From contig CACYYS010000001.1 in assembly GCA_902778725.1 (NCBI GenBank), positions 12,130-76,129 of the forward strand: 64,000 nucleotides of DNA, given 5' to 3'. This document shows, piece by piece, positions 52,523-61,454 of this stretch. The position numbers were made by a program, and so were the translations under genes. This DNA comes from an uncultured Ruminococcus sp. GTDB taxonomy: Bacteria; Bacillota; Clostridia; Oscillospirales; CAG-272. Positions within the stretch are counted from its first letter, which is position 1; each line of letters opens with the position of its first letter. The notes under the pieces were generated by a model that ran no database searches, had not been told where the DNA came from, and saw only the letters and a list, made by a program, of their open reading frames with translations.

Positions 52523-52888
52523 ATGCGGGGTGAAAACTTGTTTGACATTATATTTTACAGACTGCCGAACGGAAAACAGCCGGTCAGAGAGTTCCTTGAC
52601 TCACTTGATATAAAAATGAGAGTCAGCGCACTTGACGAACTCAAATTATTGGAAGAATTCGGAAATCAGTTGAAGTCGCCGCACTCAAAACCCATCGGCG
52701 ACGGGTTGTTTGAACTCAGAATAAAATTCTCAAGCAATATATCGAGGATCTTCTACTTTTTCCAATCCGGCAAAAAGATCGTCGTGACCAACGGCTTTGT
52801 CAAAAAAACAAACAAAACGCCGCCAGGCGAAATCGAAAAAGCGAAAAAATACAAAACCGATTATGAAAAGAGAAAAACCGATGAATGA
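52523..52888 (+). CDS. Type II toxin, RelE/ParE superfamily (Gp49/HigB-like)
   Basis: IIFYRLPNGKQPVREFLDSL...KPIGDGLFELRIKFSSNISRIFYFFQSGKKIVVTNGFVKKTNKTP. An alternative TTG start is at 52538. Confidence 0.8.
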   Translation: MRGENLFDIIFYRLPNGKQPVREFLDSLDIKMRVSALDELKLLEEFGNQLKSPHSKPIGDGLFELRIKFSSNISRIFYFFQSGKKIVVTNGFVKKTNKTPPGEIEKAKKYKTDYEKRKTDE

Positions 52889-53153
52889 TCTCAAAGAATA
52901 TCTCAACGAACAACTGAAGAATGAAGAATTCAAAAAAGAATACGAGGCTTCACGCGCGGCTTATGAAGTCAAAAGAGCTCTGGTCGCGGCGAGGATCGGG
53001 CAGAACATGACCCAGAAAGATCTGTCCGAGCGGTCCGGCATTCGTCAATCGAACATCAGCAGGATCGAAAGCGGCAAAACAAGCCCGACGCTGGATACGC
53101 TTCAGGCTCTGGCGGAGGGAATGGGGAAAAAACTCGTGGTGCTGTTTGAATGA
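52881..53153 (+). CDS. Type II antitoxin, XRE-HTH (HigA-like)
   Basis: ATG at 52881 overlaps the toxin stop by 8 nt. MTQKDLSERSGIRQSNISRIESGKTSPTLDTLQALAEGMG. Confidence 0.85.
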   Translation: MNDLKEYLNEQLKNEEFKKEYEASRAAYEVKRALVAARIGQNMTQKDLSERSGIRQSNISRIESGKTSPTLDTLQALAEGMGKKLVVLFE

Positions 53154-53187
53154 TCAGCGGATGGAAAGCCGATCCTTGCCAAAACGC

Positions 53188-53223
53188 AAAAACGCCGGTC
53201 GGGCGTCGCCCGACCGGCGTTTT
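53188..53223. terminator. Bidirectional intrinsic terminator
   Basis: AAAACGCCGGTCGGGC-gtc-GCCCGACCGGCGTTTT between convergent genes. Confidence 0.75.
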
Positions 53224-53239
53224 GTCTGTCCGGAAAGGA

Positions 53240-54646
53240 TCAGTCTTTCTTCTTGCCGGAGAGGATGATGTTGGTAAGGATACCGAGGATCAGCGCGCAG
53301 GCGACTTCGGTGATGGTGACCTTGCCGAAGCTGAGGGTCATTCCGCCGACGCCGGCGATCAGGATGACCGAGACCGGGAAGAGGTTGCGGTTGTCGCCCA
53401 GATCCACGTTCTGGATCATCTTGAGACCGGAGACCGCGATGAAGCCGTAAAGGGCTATGCAGACGCCGCCCATCACGCAGGAGGGGATGGTGGCGAGCAG
53501 GGTGGTGAAGGGGGCGATGAAAGCGGAGGCTATGGCGAGGATCGCGGTCGTGAGGATGGTCACGACGGAGGCGTTGCCGGAGATGGCGACGCAGCCGACC
53601 GATTCCCCGTAGGTGGTGTTCGGGCAGCCGCCGAAGAAGGCGCCCGCGATCGATCCTACGCCGTCTCCGAGGAGCGTGCGGGAAAGACCGGGATCGGTGA
53701 GAAGGTCGGACTCAATGATGGAGGAGAGGTTCTTGTGGTCGGCGATATGCTCGGCAAAGACCACGAACGCCACGGGGATGTAGGCGACGGCGATCGTGCC
53801 GATGTACGCGGGATTTTCCTTCAGGGCGGCAAGGCTCTCTTTGCTGAAGGCTTTGAGGAAGGAGAAGTCGGGGAGCCATTCCATGGCGGCGAACTTCGAA
53901 AAATCGATGATCTGGAGCGCGGGGATGTCGGCGGAGTTGCCGATGGCGGTGAGGATCGCCGCGACGGCGTAGCCGGCGGCTATCCCGATGATGAAGGGGA
54001 TGAGCTTCATCATTTTCTTGCCGTAGACCGACGAGATCATGGTGACGGCGAGGGTCACGAGTCCGCAGATCAGGCAAAGATAGATGTTGGCGTTCTGTAC
54101 CTGGGAGGTGACCTCCTCGACGACAGCGGTACCTTCTTCGGTGAGCGTCGCGACTTTTTCGACCACCGGAGAGGTGACGGCGCCTTTGAAGAGATCGCCG
54201 ACGGCGTTGCCGGCGAGAGAAAGTCCGATGATGGCGACGGTGGGACCGATCACGACGGCGGGCATGATTTTGTTGATCCAGTTGACGCCGGCGAATTTAA
54301 CGATGATCGCGATGACCACGTAGACGAGACCGGCAAAGGCGGCGCCGACGATCAGGCCGAGGTAACCGAGAGCGGTGACCGACGCAGCGCCGGCGAACGC
54401 CGCGAACATCGAGCCGAGGAAAGCGAAGGACGAGCCGAGGAAGACGGGGCTTTTGAACTTGGTGAAGAGCAGGTAGACAAGGGTGCCGACGCCCGCGCCG
54501 AAGAGGGCGGCGGACTGGGACATCCCGTTGCCGACGATGGAGGGGACCGCGATGGTCGCCGCGAGGATGGCGAGCAGCTGCTGGAACGCGAAGACGATGG
54601 TTTTGCCGAGCGAGGGTTTGTCTTTGACGCCGTAGATCAGTTTCAT
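53240..54646 (-). CDS. uraA: Uracil permease (NCS2 family)
   Basis: FAEHIADHKNL...LLTDPGLSRTLLGDGVGSIAGAFFGGCPNTTYGESVGCVAIS parallels E. coli UraA AEHVGHL...LLRDPGLHRS...GFFGSTPNTTYGENIGVMAIT. AGGAGGA RBS. Confidence 0.85.
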   Translation of the reverse strand: MKLIYGVKDKPSLGKTIVFAFQQLLAILAATIAVPSIVGNGMSQSAALFGAGVGTLVYLLFTKFKSPVFLGSSFAFLGSMFAAFAGAASVTALGYLGLIVGAAFAGLVYVVIAIIVKFAGVNWINKIMPAVVIGPTVAIIGLSLAGNAVGDLFKGAVTSPVVEKVATLTEEGTAVVEEVTSQVQNANIYLCLICGLVTLAVTMISSVYGKKMMKLIPFIIGIAAGYAVAAILTAIGNSADIPALQIIDFSKFAAMEWLPDFSFLKAFSKESLAALKENPAYIGTIAVAYIPVAFVVFAEHIADHKNLSSIIESDLLTDPGLSRTLLGDGVGSIAGAFFGGCPNTTYGESVGCVAISGNASVVTILTTAILAIASAFIAPFTTLLATIPSCVMGGVCIALYGFIAVSGLKMIQNVDLGDNRNLFPVSVILIAGVGGMTLSFGKVTITEVACALILGILTNIILSGKKKD

Positions 54647-54684
54647 AAATCCTCCTGTTTTTCATCTTCTCGCACGCCGGACGT

Positions 54685-54717
54685 AAAAAACCGTCCCGCC
54701 GCAAACCGGCAAGACGG
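54685..54717 (-). terminator. Leader-region intrinsic terminator (attenuator) about 40 nt upstream of the uracil permease start
   Basis: Minus strand reads CCGTCTTGCCG-gtttg-CGGCGGGACGG (11 bp including 2 G-U pairs) followed by TTTTTT. It lies downstream of a TTTACA(54828-54833)-17-TACAAT(54805-54810) promoter. Confidence 0.6.
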
Positions 54718-54890
54718 CGTACTCCCGCAAAAAACAGGGGAAACGGAAGATATGGGCATCTTGCGTGCATCGCGGTGCATGCTTAAAGATTGATTTCGTT
54801 TGTTATTGTAGCACTCTTTTGTCGGCTTGTAAAGGAATTTCGGGAAAAAAGTCAAATTCAGCCTTTTGCACAAAAGGAGGGGAAAAGAAA

Positions 54891-54925
54891 ACGGCTTTTT
54901 GAGGGCGCAGCCGTCAAAAAGCCGT
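54891..54925 (-). terminator. Intrinsic terminator after thiI
   Basis: ACGGCTTTTTGA...TCAAAAAGCCGT with a T-rich tail on the minus strand. Confidence 0.65.
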
Positions 54926-54930
54926 AAGGA

Positions 54931-56100
54931 TCAGAAGAGGGAGACCGTCTCGAGCGCGGCGTAGGCGCGCGCGGCGAGAGCGGGGAAGTCGAGCTTTCCC
55001 TCCTCCGCGAGGAGTTTCGCGAGCTCCGGGCGGGTCTTGGGGTGGCGGGGGGTGAAGACGGTGCAGCAGTCCTCGTACGGTTCGATCGAGGTGTCGAAGG
55101 TCCCGATCCGGCGCGAGACGGTGACGATCTCCTCCTTGTCAAGCCCGATGCAGGGACGGAAGACGGGGAGGGTGACGATCCCGCCGGTCGCGGCGAGGGC
55201 GGGGGTCGTCTGGCTCGCGACCTGGCCGAGGCTCTCTCCGGTGATCAGGGCGCCGGCGTCGTTCTCGCGGGCGTAGCGCTCCGCGAGATGCATCATAAAG
55301 CGCCGCAGCAGCAGCGTGAAGTAGTCCTCGTCGCAGGTATCGCGGATCGCCTCCTGGATCTCCGTGAGGGAGAGAACGGCGGCGCGGCGCGCGCAGGTGT
55401 AGGGAGAGATCAGGCGGGCGAGGCGCATCACCTTTTCCCGCGCCCGCTCGCTGGTGTAGGGGAAGCTGTCAAAGTGCAGGGGCAGGATCTGCATCCCGCG
55501 CTTCGCCATCATATAGCCGGCGACGGGGCTGTCGATCCCGCCGGAGAGCAGCAGCACGCCCCGCCCGCTCGAGCCGACGGGGATGCCGCCGGCGGCCTTT
55601 TCCTGCGGGCCGTGCAGGCAGGCGTAGCGGTCGCGCACCTCGACCCGGATCATCACATCCGGCCGCTCGAGGTCGACCTTCAGGCGCGGGAGCGCCTCGA
55701 GGATCACGCCGCCGACGCGGGCGGCGATCTCCGGGCTCTTCCAGGGGAAGGACTTGTCCGAGCGCTTCGCCTCCACGCCGAAGGTGCGGCAGCCGGCGAG
55801 CCGCTCCGGCAGGTATTCCCGCGCGGCGGCGAGGATCGCCTCCGGGGTCTTGTCACAGACGACCGCGCGCACGGCGGCGTTGATGCCGAACACGGTCAGG
55901 ACCGAGGAAAACATCCCCTCAAGGTCGGAGGCGTCGCTCTGCGGCTCGAGGGAGACGGTGCTCTGCGAGACGCGGACGTCAAAGCCGCCGTGCCGGGCGG
56001 CGCGGCGCCGGAGCTCCCGCGAGAGCAGCGCTTCAAAATGCGGACGGTTCGCGCCCTTTAAGATGATCTCGCCGTATTTGCAGAGGATGATCTCTTTCAT
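54931..56100 (-). CDS. thiI: tRNA 4-thiouridine synthase ThiI
   Basis: MKEIILCKYGEIILKGANR (ferredoxin-like/THUMP N-terminus) and LLLSGGIDSPVAGYMMAKRG PP-loop. Confidence 0.9.
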   Translation of the reverse strand: MKEIILCKYGEIILKGANRPHFEALLSRELRRRAARHGGFDVRVSQSTVSLEPQSDASDLEGMFSSVLTVFGINAAVRAVVCDKTPEAILAAAREYLPERLAGCRTFGVEAKRSDKSFPWKSPEIAARVGGVILEALPRLKVDLERPDVMIRVEVRDRYACLHGPQEKAAGGIPVGSSGRGVLLLSGGIDSPVAGYMMAKRGMQILPLHFDSFPYTSERAREKVMRLARLISPYTCARRAAVLSLTEIQEAIRDTCDEDYFTLLLRRFMMHLAERYARENDAGALITGESLGQVASQTTPALAATGGIVTLPVFRPCIGLDKEEIVTVSRRIGTFDTSIEPYEDCCTVFTPRHPKTRPELAKLLAEEGKLDFPALAARAYAALETVSLF

Positions 56101-56101
56101 C

Positions 56102-56917
56102 TCAGACGTCCCTTTCCGGTGTGAAGTAGGTCCCCCGGGCGCTCCCGTCGAGGACGGAATAGAGCACGTCGGGATCGCTGCCGCGGGTCAGGACCATCGG
56201 GATGCCGGCGGAGAGGGCGATCTCCGCCGCCTCCAGCTTGCTCTTCATCCCGCCGGTCCCGCCGGCGGTGCCGGCGCCGCCCGCAAAGGACAGCAGCTCC
56301 GGGGTGATCTCGCTCACCCGTTCGATCAGGCGGGCGGACGGGTCCTTGCGGGGGTCGGCGGTGTAAAAACCGTCGCTGTCGCTGAGGTTGACGAGCAGGT
56401 CGGCGTCCACGAGCGCCGCGACGTAGGCGGAGAGGGTGTCGTTATCGCCGAAGGAGAGCTTGTCCCCGCCCGAGAGCTCGAGCTGGGCGCTGGAGACGGG
56501 GTCGTTTTCGTTGACGATGGGCAGGCAGCCGAGCTCAAAGAGCAGACGGAAGGTCTGCTCGGCGGAGGCGCGGCGCTCGGGATTGTCGATCACGTCCTTG
56601 GTGAGCAGCAGCTGCGCGACCGTCTGTCCGTAGTCGGAGAAGAAGCTTTCGTAGATCTTCATCAGCTCCCCCTGACCGATCGCGGCGAGCGCCTGCTTTT
56701 CGGCGACGCCGGAAGGACGGCGGTCGAGGCCGAGCCGGGCGATCCCGGCGCCGACGGCGCCGGAAGAGACGAGCACGATCTCGCGCCCTTCGTTTTTGAG
56801 GTCGGAGAGGACGCGGGCGAGCGCCTCGATCCGGCGGAGGTTGAGGCGGCCGGTGTCGTGGGAGAGGGTGGAGGTCCCCACTTTGACGACCAGCCGGGAG
56901 AGTTCGGGATGTTTCAC
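56102..56917 (-). CDS. proB: Glutamate 5-kinase (short form without a PUA domain)
   Basis: GTG start. LVVKVGTSTLSHDTGRLNLRRI...VLVSSGAVGAG...FGDNDTLSA. Confidence 0.9.
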   Translation of the reverse strand: MKHPELSRLVVKVGTSTLSHDTGRLNLRRIEALARVLSDLKNEGREIVLVSSGAVGAGIARLGLDRRPSGVAEKQALAAIGQGELMKIYESFFSDYGQTVAQLLLTKDVIDNPERRASAEQTFRLLFELGCLPIVNENDPVSSAQLELSGGDKLSFGDNDTLSAYVAALVDADLLVNLSDSDGFYTADPRKDPSARLIERVSEITPELLSFAGGAGTAGGTGGMKSKLEAAEIALSAGIPMVLTRGSDPDVLYSVLDGSARGTYFTPERDV

Positions 56918-57098
56918 GGCGGCACCCTTTCTTTCAGCAAAAAAACGCAGAATTTTTCGGAAAGCTATTTTCTTTTCCTTTTTTATCGTGTATAATAGAT
57001 TTCACACGGAAAAAAGGGGAAAGGCTCCTCTTTTTTATCCTTATTATAGCCGTCGGACGGACAAAATGCAAGACCTTTGCGGAGATCGGAGGAGCAAA

Positions 57099-59210
57099 AT
57101 GGCGGAAACGGGCAAAAAAAACGCGCGTTTGCCGGAGTTGCTTGCTCCCGCCGGCTCCTTTGAGGCGCTCCGCGCCGCGGTCGCGGCGGGAGCGGACGCC
57201 GTCTATTTCGGCGGCAGGGAGTTTTCCGCCCGCGCGGGCGCGGAAAATTTTGACCGCGAGGGCCTGATCCGCGCGATCGCCTATTGCCGCGAGCGCGGCG
57301 TGAAGACCCACGTCACCGCCAACACCGTCGTCCTCGACCGGGAGCTCGACGACTGGCTCTCCTTCGGGGAGTTTCTCTGGCAGGCGGGAGCGGACGCCCT
57401 GATCTGCGCCGATCCCGGCGCGGCGGCGGAACTGGCGCGCAGACTGCCGGACCTTCCCCTGCACGCAAGCACGCAGGCGGGCGTCTCCGATACCGGCGCC
57501 GCCTCGCTCCTCGCCTCTCTCGGTTTTTCCCGCGTCGTGCTCGCGCGCGAGCTGCCGCTCTCCGACATCCGCCGGATCACGGCGGACGCGGGGATAGAGA
57601 CCGAGATCTTCATCCACGGGGCGCTCTGCGTCTCGGTATCGGGACAGTGTCTCTTTTCCTCCCTCGTCGGCGGACGGAGCGGCAACCGCGGGCGCTGCGC
57701 CCAGCCCTGCCGGCTCCCGTACGGGGATTCCTACCCCCTCTCGCTCAAGGATCACTGTCTCGCCGCCTTTATCCCGGAGATCATCGCCTCGGGCGTCGCC
57801 TCCCTCAAGATCGAGGGCAGGATGCGCTCGCCCGATTACGTTTACGGCGTCGTTTCCGTCTATCGCCGCCTGCTCGACGAGGGCAGGGGAGCCGACCGGC
57901 GGGAGCTGGACGAGCTGGCGCGCTGCTTTTCCCGCAGCGGCTTTACTTCCGCTTATTTTACCGGCGCCGACCGCGGCGATATGCTCGGCGTGCGCACGGA
58001 GGAGGACAAGGCGAAGACCGCCTCCCTCCGCCGCCCCGGGCGGGAAGAGGAAGCGCCGGAGATCCCCGTTTTTCCCCTTCGGCCTTTGCCGGAGACGGCG
58101 GGAGGACCGCTTGTCCTCCCCGCGCCGGAAACGCGCCGGGAGCGCCGCGTTTCTCTCTGCTTTACCTCGCCGGAACAGGCGGAGAGCGTCCTTCCCCTGA
58201 GCGACCCGGCCGGGCGGGTCTTCTCCTACCTGCCGGTAAAAGAGTACCTGCGCGCCGCCGGGGAGCGGGGCGTCAAGCCCTGCGGCGTCTCCGGCGTGTC
58301 GCTGCCCGCCGTCTTCTCCGAGGGGGAGCGGGAGGAGCTGCGCCGGGAGTTGGAGAAGGCGAGGCTCGCCGGCGCCGAACGGGCGCTCGCGCAGAGCCTC
58401 GGCGGTCTCGTTCTCGCGCGTTCCTGCGGCTTTGCGGTCGATACCTCCTTCCGCTTCAACGTGACCAACACCCTCACCGCTCTGCTGCTCCGGCGGCTGG
58501 GCGCCGGGGAGATCACCCTCTCGCCGGAGCTGACCCTGCCCGCGGCGCGGGATATCTGCCGCCGCGTGCCGGCGTCGGTCGTCACCTACGGCAGGATCCC
58601 CCTGATGCTGCTCTCCCGGTGCCTGCTCCGCGACGCGCCGGGCGCCGGATGCGTCGCCTGCGGGAGCGGGCGGGCGCTGACGCGGCCCTATCAGCTCCGC
58701 GACCGGACGGGCGCCCGTTTCCCCGTCCTGCCGGAGTACCGGCACCGCAATCTTCTGCTCAACTCCTGCCCGACCTATCTCGGCGACAGGAAAAAGGACC
58801 TGGCGGAGAACCGCCTTGACGGCGCGGCGCTGCTCTTCTTTTCCGAGAGCGGGGAGGAGTGCGCCGGGATCCTCGCCCGCTATGCGGCGGGGGAGGCGCT
58901 CGACGGCCCGGTGCGCCGCGCGGGCGTGCGTTTTTCACAGACGGAACGCGCCCCCGCGGGAAAAGAAAAAAACAGACCCGAAAGGAACCGTTATGGGAAA
59001 AGTATTCGGAATCGATATGGGGACCTCGAACACCCTCCTCTACGTCAAGGGGAAGGGGATCCGCATCCGGGAGCCGTCCGTCGTGGCGGTCGACCAGCGC
59101 GAGAGCCGGATCCTCGCGGTCGGCGACATGGCAAAGATGATGCTCGGCAAAACGCCGGGAGACAAGCGCGCCTGCCGTCCGATCCGCGGCGGGGTCGTGG
59201 CGGATTTTGA
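57099..59210 (+). CDS. Peptidase U32 family protein (with a DUF3656-like C-terminal region); the 3' end is questionable
   Basis: ATG at 57099 follows GGAGGAGC. PELLAPAGSFEALRAAVAAGADAVYFGG...HVTANTVV...IFIHGALCVSVSGQC...RGRCAQPCR...LKIEGRM. The ORF has no stop until 59208, 218 nt into mreB. Confidence 0.75.
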   Translation: MAETGKKNARLPELLAPAGSFEALRAAVAAGADAVYFGGREFSARAGAENFDREGLIRAIAYCRERGVKTHVTANTVVLDRELDDWLSFGEFLWQAGADALICADPGAAAELARRLPDLPLHASTQAGVSDTGAASLLASLGFSRVVLARELPLSDIRRITADAGIETEIFIHGALCVSVSGQCLFSSLVGGRSGNRGRCAQPCRLPYGDSYPLSLKDHCLAAFIPEIIASGVASLKIEGRMRSPDYVYGVVSVYRRLLDEGRGADRRELDELARCFSRSGFTSAYFTGADRGDMLGVRTEEDKAKTASLRRPGREEEAPEIPVFPLRPLPETAGGPLVLPAPETRRERRVSLCFTSPEQAESVLPLSDPAGRVFSYLPVKEYLRAAGERGVKPCGVSGVSLPAVFSEGEREELRRELEKARLAGAERALAQSLGGLVLARSCGFAVDTSFRFNVTNTLTALLLRRLGAGEITLSPELTLPAARDICRRVPASVVTYGRIPLMLLSRCLLRDAPGAGCVACGSGRALTRPYQLRDRTGARFPVLPEYRHRNLLLNSCPTYLGDRKKDLAENRLDGAALLFFSESGEECAGILARYAAGEALDGPVRRAGVRFSQTERAPAGKEKNRPERNRYGKSIRNRYGDLEHPPLRQGEGDPHPGAVRRGGRPAREPDPRGRRHGKDDARQNAGRQARLPSDPRRGRGGF

Positions 59211-60003
59211 CATCGCCGCCGGGATGCTGGAGTATTTCTTCCGCAAGGAGGCGGGGGGCGCGATGATCCTCTCCCGTCCCCGCGCGATCGTTTCCGTCCC
59301 CTTCGGCGCCACCAGCACGGAAAAGCTTTCCTTTTACCAGGTCGCCAGCCGCGCGGGCGCAAAAAGCGTCGGATTTGTCCCGGAGCTCCTCGCCGCCGCC
59401 CTCGGCTGCGGGATGCGCATCGAGGAGCCGAAGGGCAAGATGATCGTCAACATCGGCGGCGGGGCCACCGAGGCGGCGGTCCTCTCCTTCGGCGGGGTCG
59501 TCCTCGCCAACTCCGTCCGGGTCGGCGGAGAGACCTTCGACAACGCCATTTCCAATTTCCTGCGCCGCAAATACGGCGTGGCGATCGGGGACGTGACGGC
59601 GGAGCAGCTCAAGATCCAGGTCGGCAGCGTCCTGCCGGGCGGGGAGGAGCGCTCGCTCGAGGTGCGCGGCAGGAATATGCGCAGCTGCGGCCGGCCGATC
59701 AGCATCACGGTGATGACCTCCGAGATCATGGACACCCTGCGCGGACCCGCCTCGCAGATCATCGAGTGCATCCGCACCACCTTCGAGCGCACGCCGCCCG
59801 AGCTGTGCGCCGATATCTATGAAAGCGGTCTCGTCCTGACCGGCGGCGTCTCGATGCTGCGCGGGCTCGGCGAGCTGATCGAAAAGCGCACGGGCATCCG
59901 CACCCTCACCGTCAAAAAGCCGCTGGATTCGGTCGCGGCGGGGCTCGGCGTCATCATCGAAAAGGACGATCCCTACGGCGTGATCGAGAACATCGACCGC
60001 TGA
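58993..60003 (+). CDS. mreB: Rod shape-determining protein MreB
   Basis: ORF trimmed to the ATG at 58993. GIDMGTSNTLLYVKGKGI...EPSVVA...PIRGGVVADFD...VNIGGGATEAAVLS. Confidence 0.9.
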   Translation: MGKVFGIDMGTSNTLLYVKGKGIRIREPSVVAVDQRESRILAVGDMAKMMLGKTPGDKRACRPIRGGVVADFDIAAGMLEYFFRKEAGGAMILSRPRAIVSVPFGATSTEKLSFYQVASRAGAKSVGFVPELLAAALGCGMRIEEPKGKMIVNIGGGATEAAVLSFGGVVLANSVRVGGETFDNAISNFLRRKYGVAIGDVTAEQLKIQVGSVLPGGEERSLEVRGRNMRSCGRPISITVMTSEIMDTLRGPASQIIECIRTTFERTPPELCADIYESGLVLTGGVSMLRGLGELIEKRTGIRTLTVKKPLDSVAAGLGVIIEKDDPYGVIENIDR

Positions 60004-60041
60004 CGGCGGGAGAAAAAGAGAAAAAGAAAAGGAGAGGGAAG

Positions 60042-60920
60042 ATGGCGCAGTTTTTCAAATCGAAGACCTTTATCGTGCTGCTGTGCGTCGCGCTGGTCGC
60101 GGTGATCGTCCCCTCCGTGCTTTCCGCCGTCGGGGCGGGCTTTGCCGTGCGGGACGCCGTCAATACCGTCCTCACCCCCGTCCGGTCGTTTTTTGTCTGG
60201 ATCGGGGACGGGATCGGCGGATTTTTTGAGTATTTCGGCGAGTTCGACCGCATCCGCGCGGAGAACGACGAGCTGCGCATCAAGCTCGAACAGGCGAACG
60301 ATCAGCTCTACGCCGCCCGCGTCGCCGGAGAGGAGAACGAGTGGCTCCGGTCCTTCCTCGGTCTCCGGCGCGAGCATACCGACTACCGCTTCCAGGACGC
60401 GATGATCGTCGGCAGGGAGAGCGGCAACTACATGACCGTCTTTACCCTCAACGCGGGGACTCTGCAGGGGGTCGCCGTCAATATGCCGGTCGTGACCGAG
60501 CGGGGCGTGGTCGGCGCCGTCACCGAGGTGGGGCTGACCTGGAGCAAGGCGACCACCGTGATCGAGTACGGCTCCTCCGTCGGCGTTTACTGTGAGCGCA
60601 GCGGCGCGGTCGGGATCGCGGAGGGGACCTACGAGCTGCGCTCGCGCTCCCTCTGCCGCGTCAACTATCTCGGCGAGACCGCCGACGTCGCCGTCGGAGA
60701 CCGGTTCTTTACCAGCGGGCTCGGCAACGTCTATCCGCGAGGGATGTGCCTTGGGGAGGTCAGCCGCATCTACGCCGACGAGTACGGCCGCGGGATGATC
60801 GCGGAGCTAACCCCGGCGGTGGATCTCAGCTCTCTCTCCCGCGTGATGATCGTCACCTCCTACGAGAGCGTCGCGGACGCGCCGCCGGCGTCCTCCGCGG
60901 AGACGGAGGCGGCGGCATGA
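60042..60920 (+). CDS. mreC: Rod shape-determining protein MreC
   Basis: N-terminal TM, coiled coil RAENDELRIKLEQANDQL, then a beta-rich C-domain (VVTERGVVGAVTEVG). Position is between mreB and mreD. Confidence 0.85.
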   Translation: MAQFFKSKTFIVLLCVALVAVIVPSVLSAVGAGFAVRDAVNTVLTPVRSFFVWIGDGIGGFFEYFGEFDRIRAENDELRIKLEQANDQLYAARVAGEENEWLRSFLGLRREHTDYRFQDAMIVGRESGNYMTVFTLNAGTLQGVAVNMPVVTERGVVGAVTEVGLTWSKATTVIEYGSSVGVYCERSGAVGIAEGTYELRSRSLCRVNYLGETADVAVGDRFFTSGLGNVYPRGMCLGEVSRIYADEYGRGMIAELTPAVDLSSLSRVMIVTSYESVADAPPASSAETEAAA

Positions 60921-61447
60921 TCCGCGCGATCCGCTCCGCCCACCTTTGGCGCGCGCTCCGCTACACGCTGCTCTTTCTCTTCCTCGTGATGACGGAGACG
61001 GTCCTGCTCCCCCGCGTCGTGCCGGATCCGGTCGTGCCGGATCTGATCCTGTGCGCGGTGATCGCCGTCGGCATGGCGGAGGACGAAAAGACCGCGGGGA
61101 TCTGCGGCGTGTGCGCCGGGTTCCTTATCGACGCGGTCGGCACGGTCGGACTCTCCCTCTCCCCCCTTTACTATATGCTCTGCGGGTACGTCACCGGCGT
61201 TTTTGCGCGTACGCTGCTCAACCGCAATTTCCCCTCCTATCTCGTCTATATGCTCGCCGCCTGCGTGACCCGCGCGGGCTATACGCTGCTCCTGATCCAG
61301 TTCGATCAGGCGGACTGCCCGCTCGATCTCGCGTTTGCGGAGATCCTTGCGCCGGAGTTTCTCTGGACGATGCTCGCGTCTCCTCTCCTTTACCTGATCG
61401 TCGCGCTCCCGCTCGCCAAGAGGAACCGCCGGGAGCTGAAGAACTGA
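60917..61447 (+). CDS. mreD: Rod shape-determining protein MreD
   Basis: ORF trimmed to the ATG at 60917 (ATGA overlap with the mreC stop). 176-aa polytopic protein in the canonical position. Confidence 0.75.
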   Translation: MIRAIRSAHLWRALRYTLLFLFLVMTETVLLPRVVPDPVVPDLILCAVIAVGMAEDEKTAGICGVCAGFLIDAVGTVGLSLSPLYYMLCGYVTGVFARTLLNRNFPSYLVYMLAACVTRAGYTLLLIQFDQADCPLDLAFAEILAPEFLWTMLASPLLYLIVALPLAKRNRRELKN

Positions 61448-61454
61448 GGCTGTT

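Noticed and set aside
53150-54793. 547-aa + strand ORF rich in D/G/E/R
   Set aside because: It is antisense to the uracil permease and has no RBS or recognisable motif.
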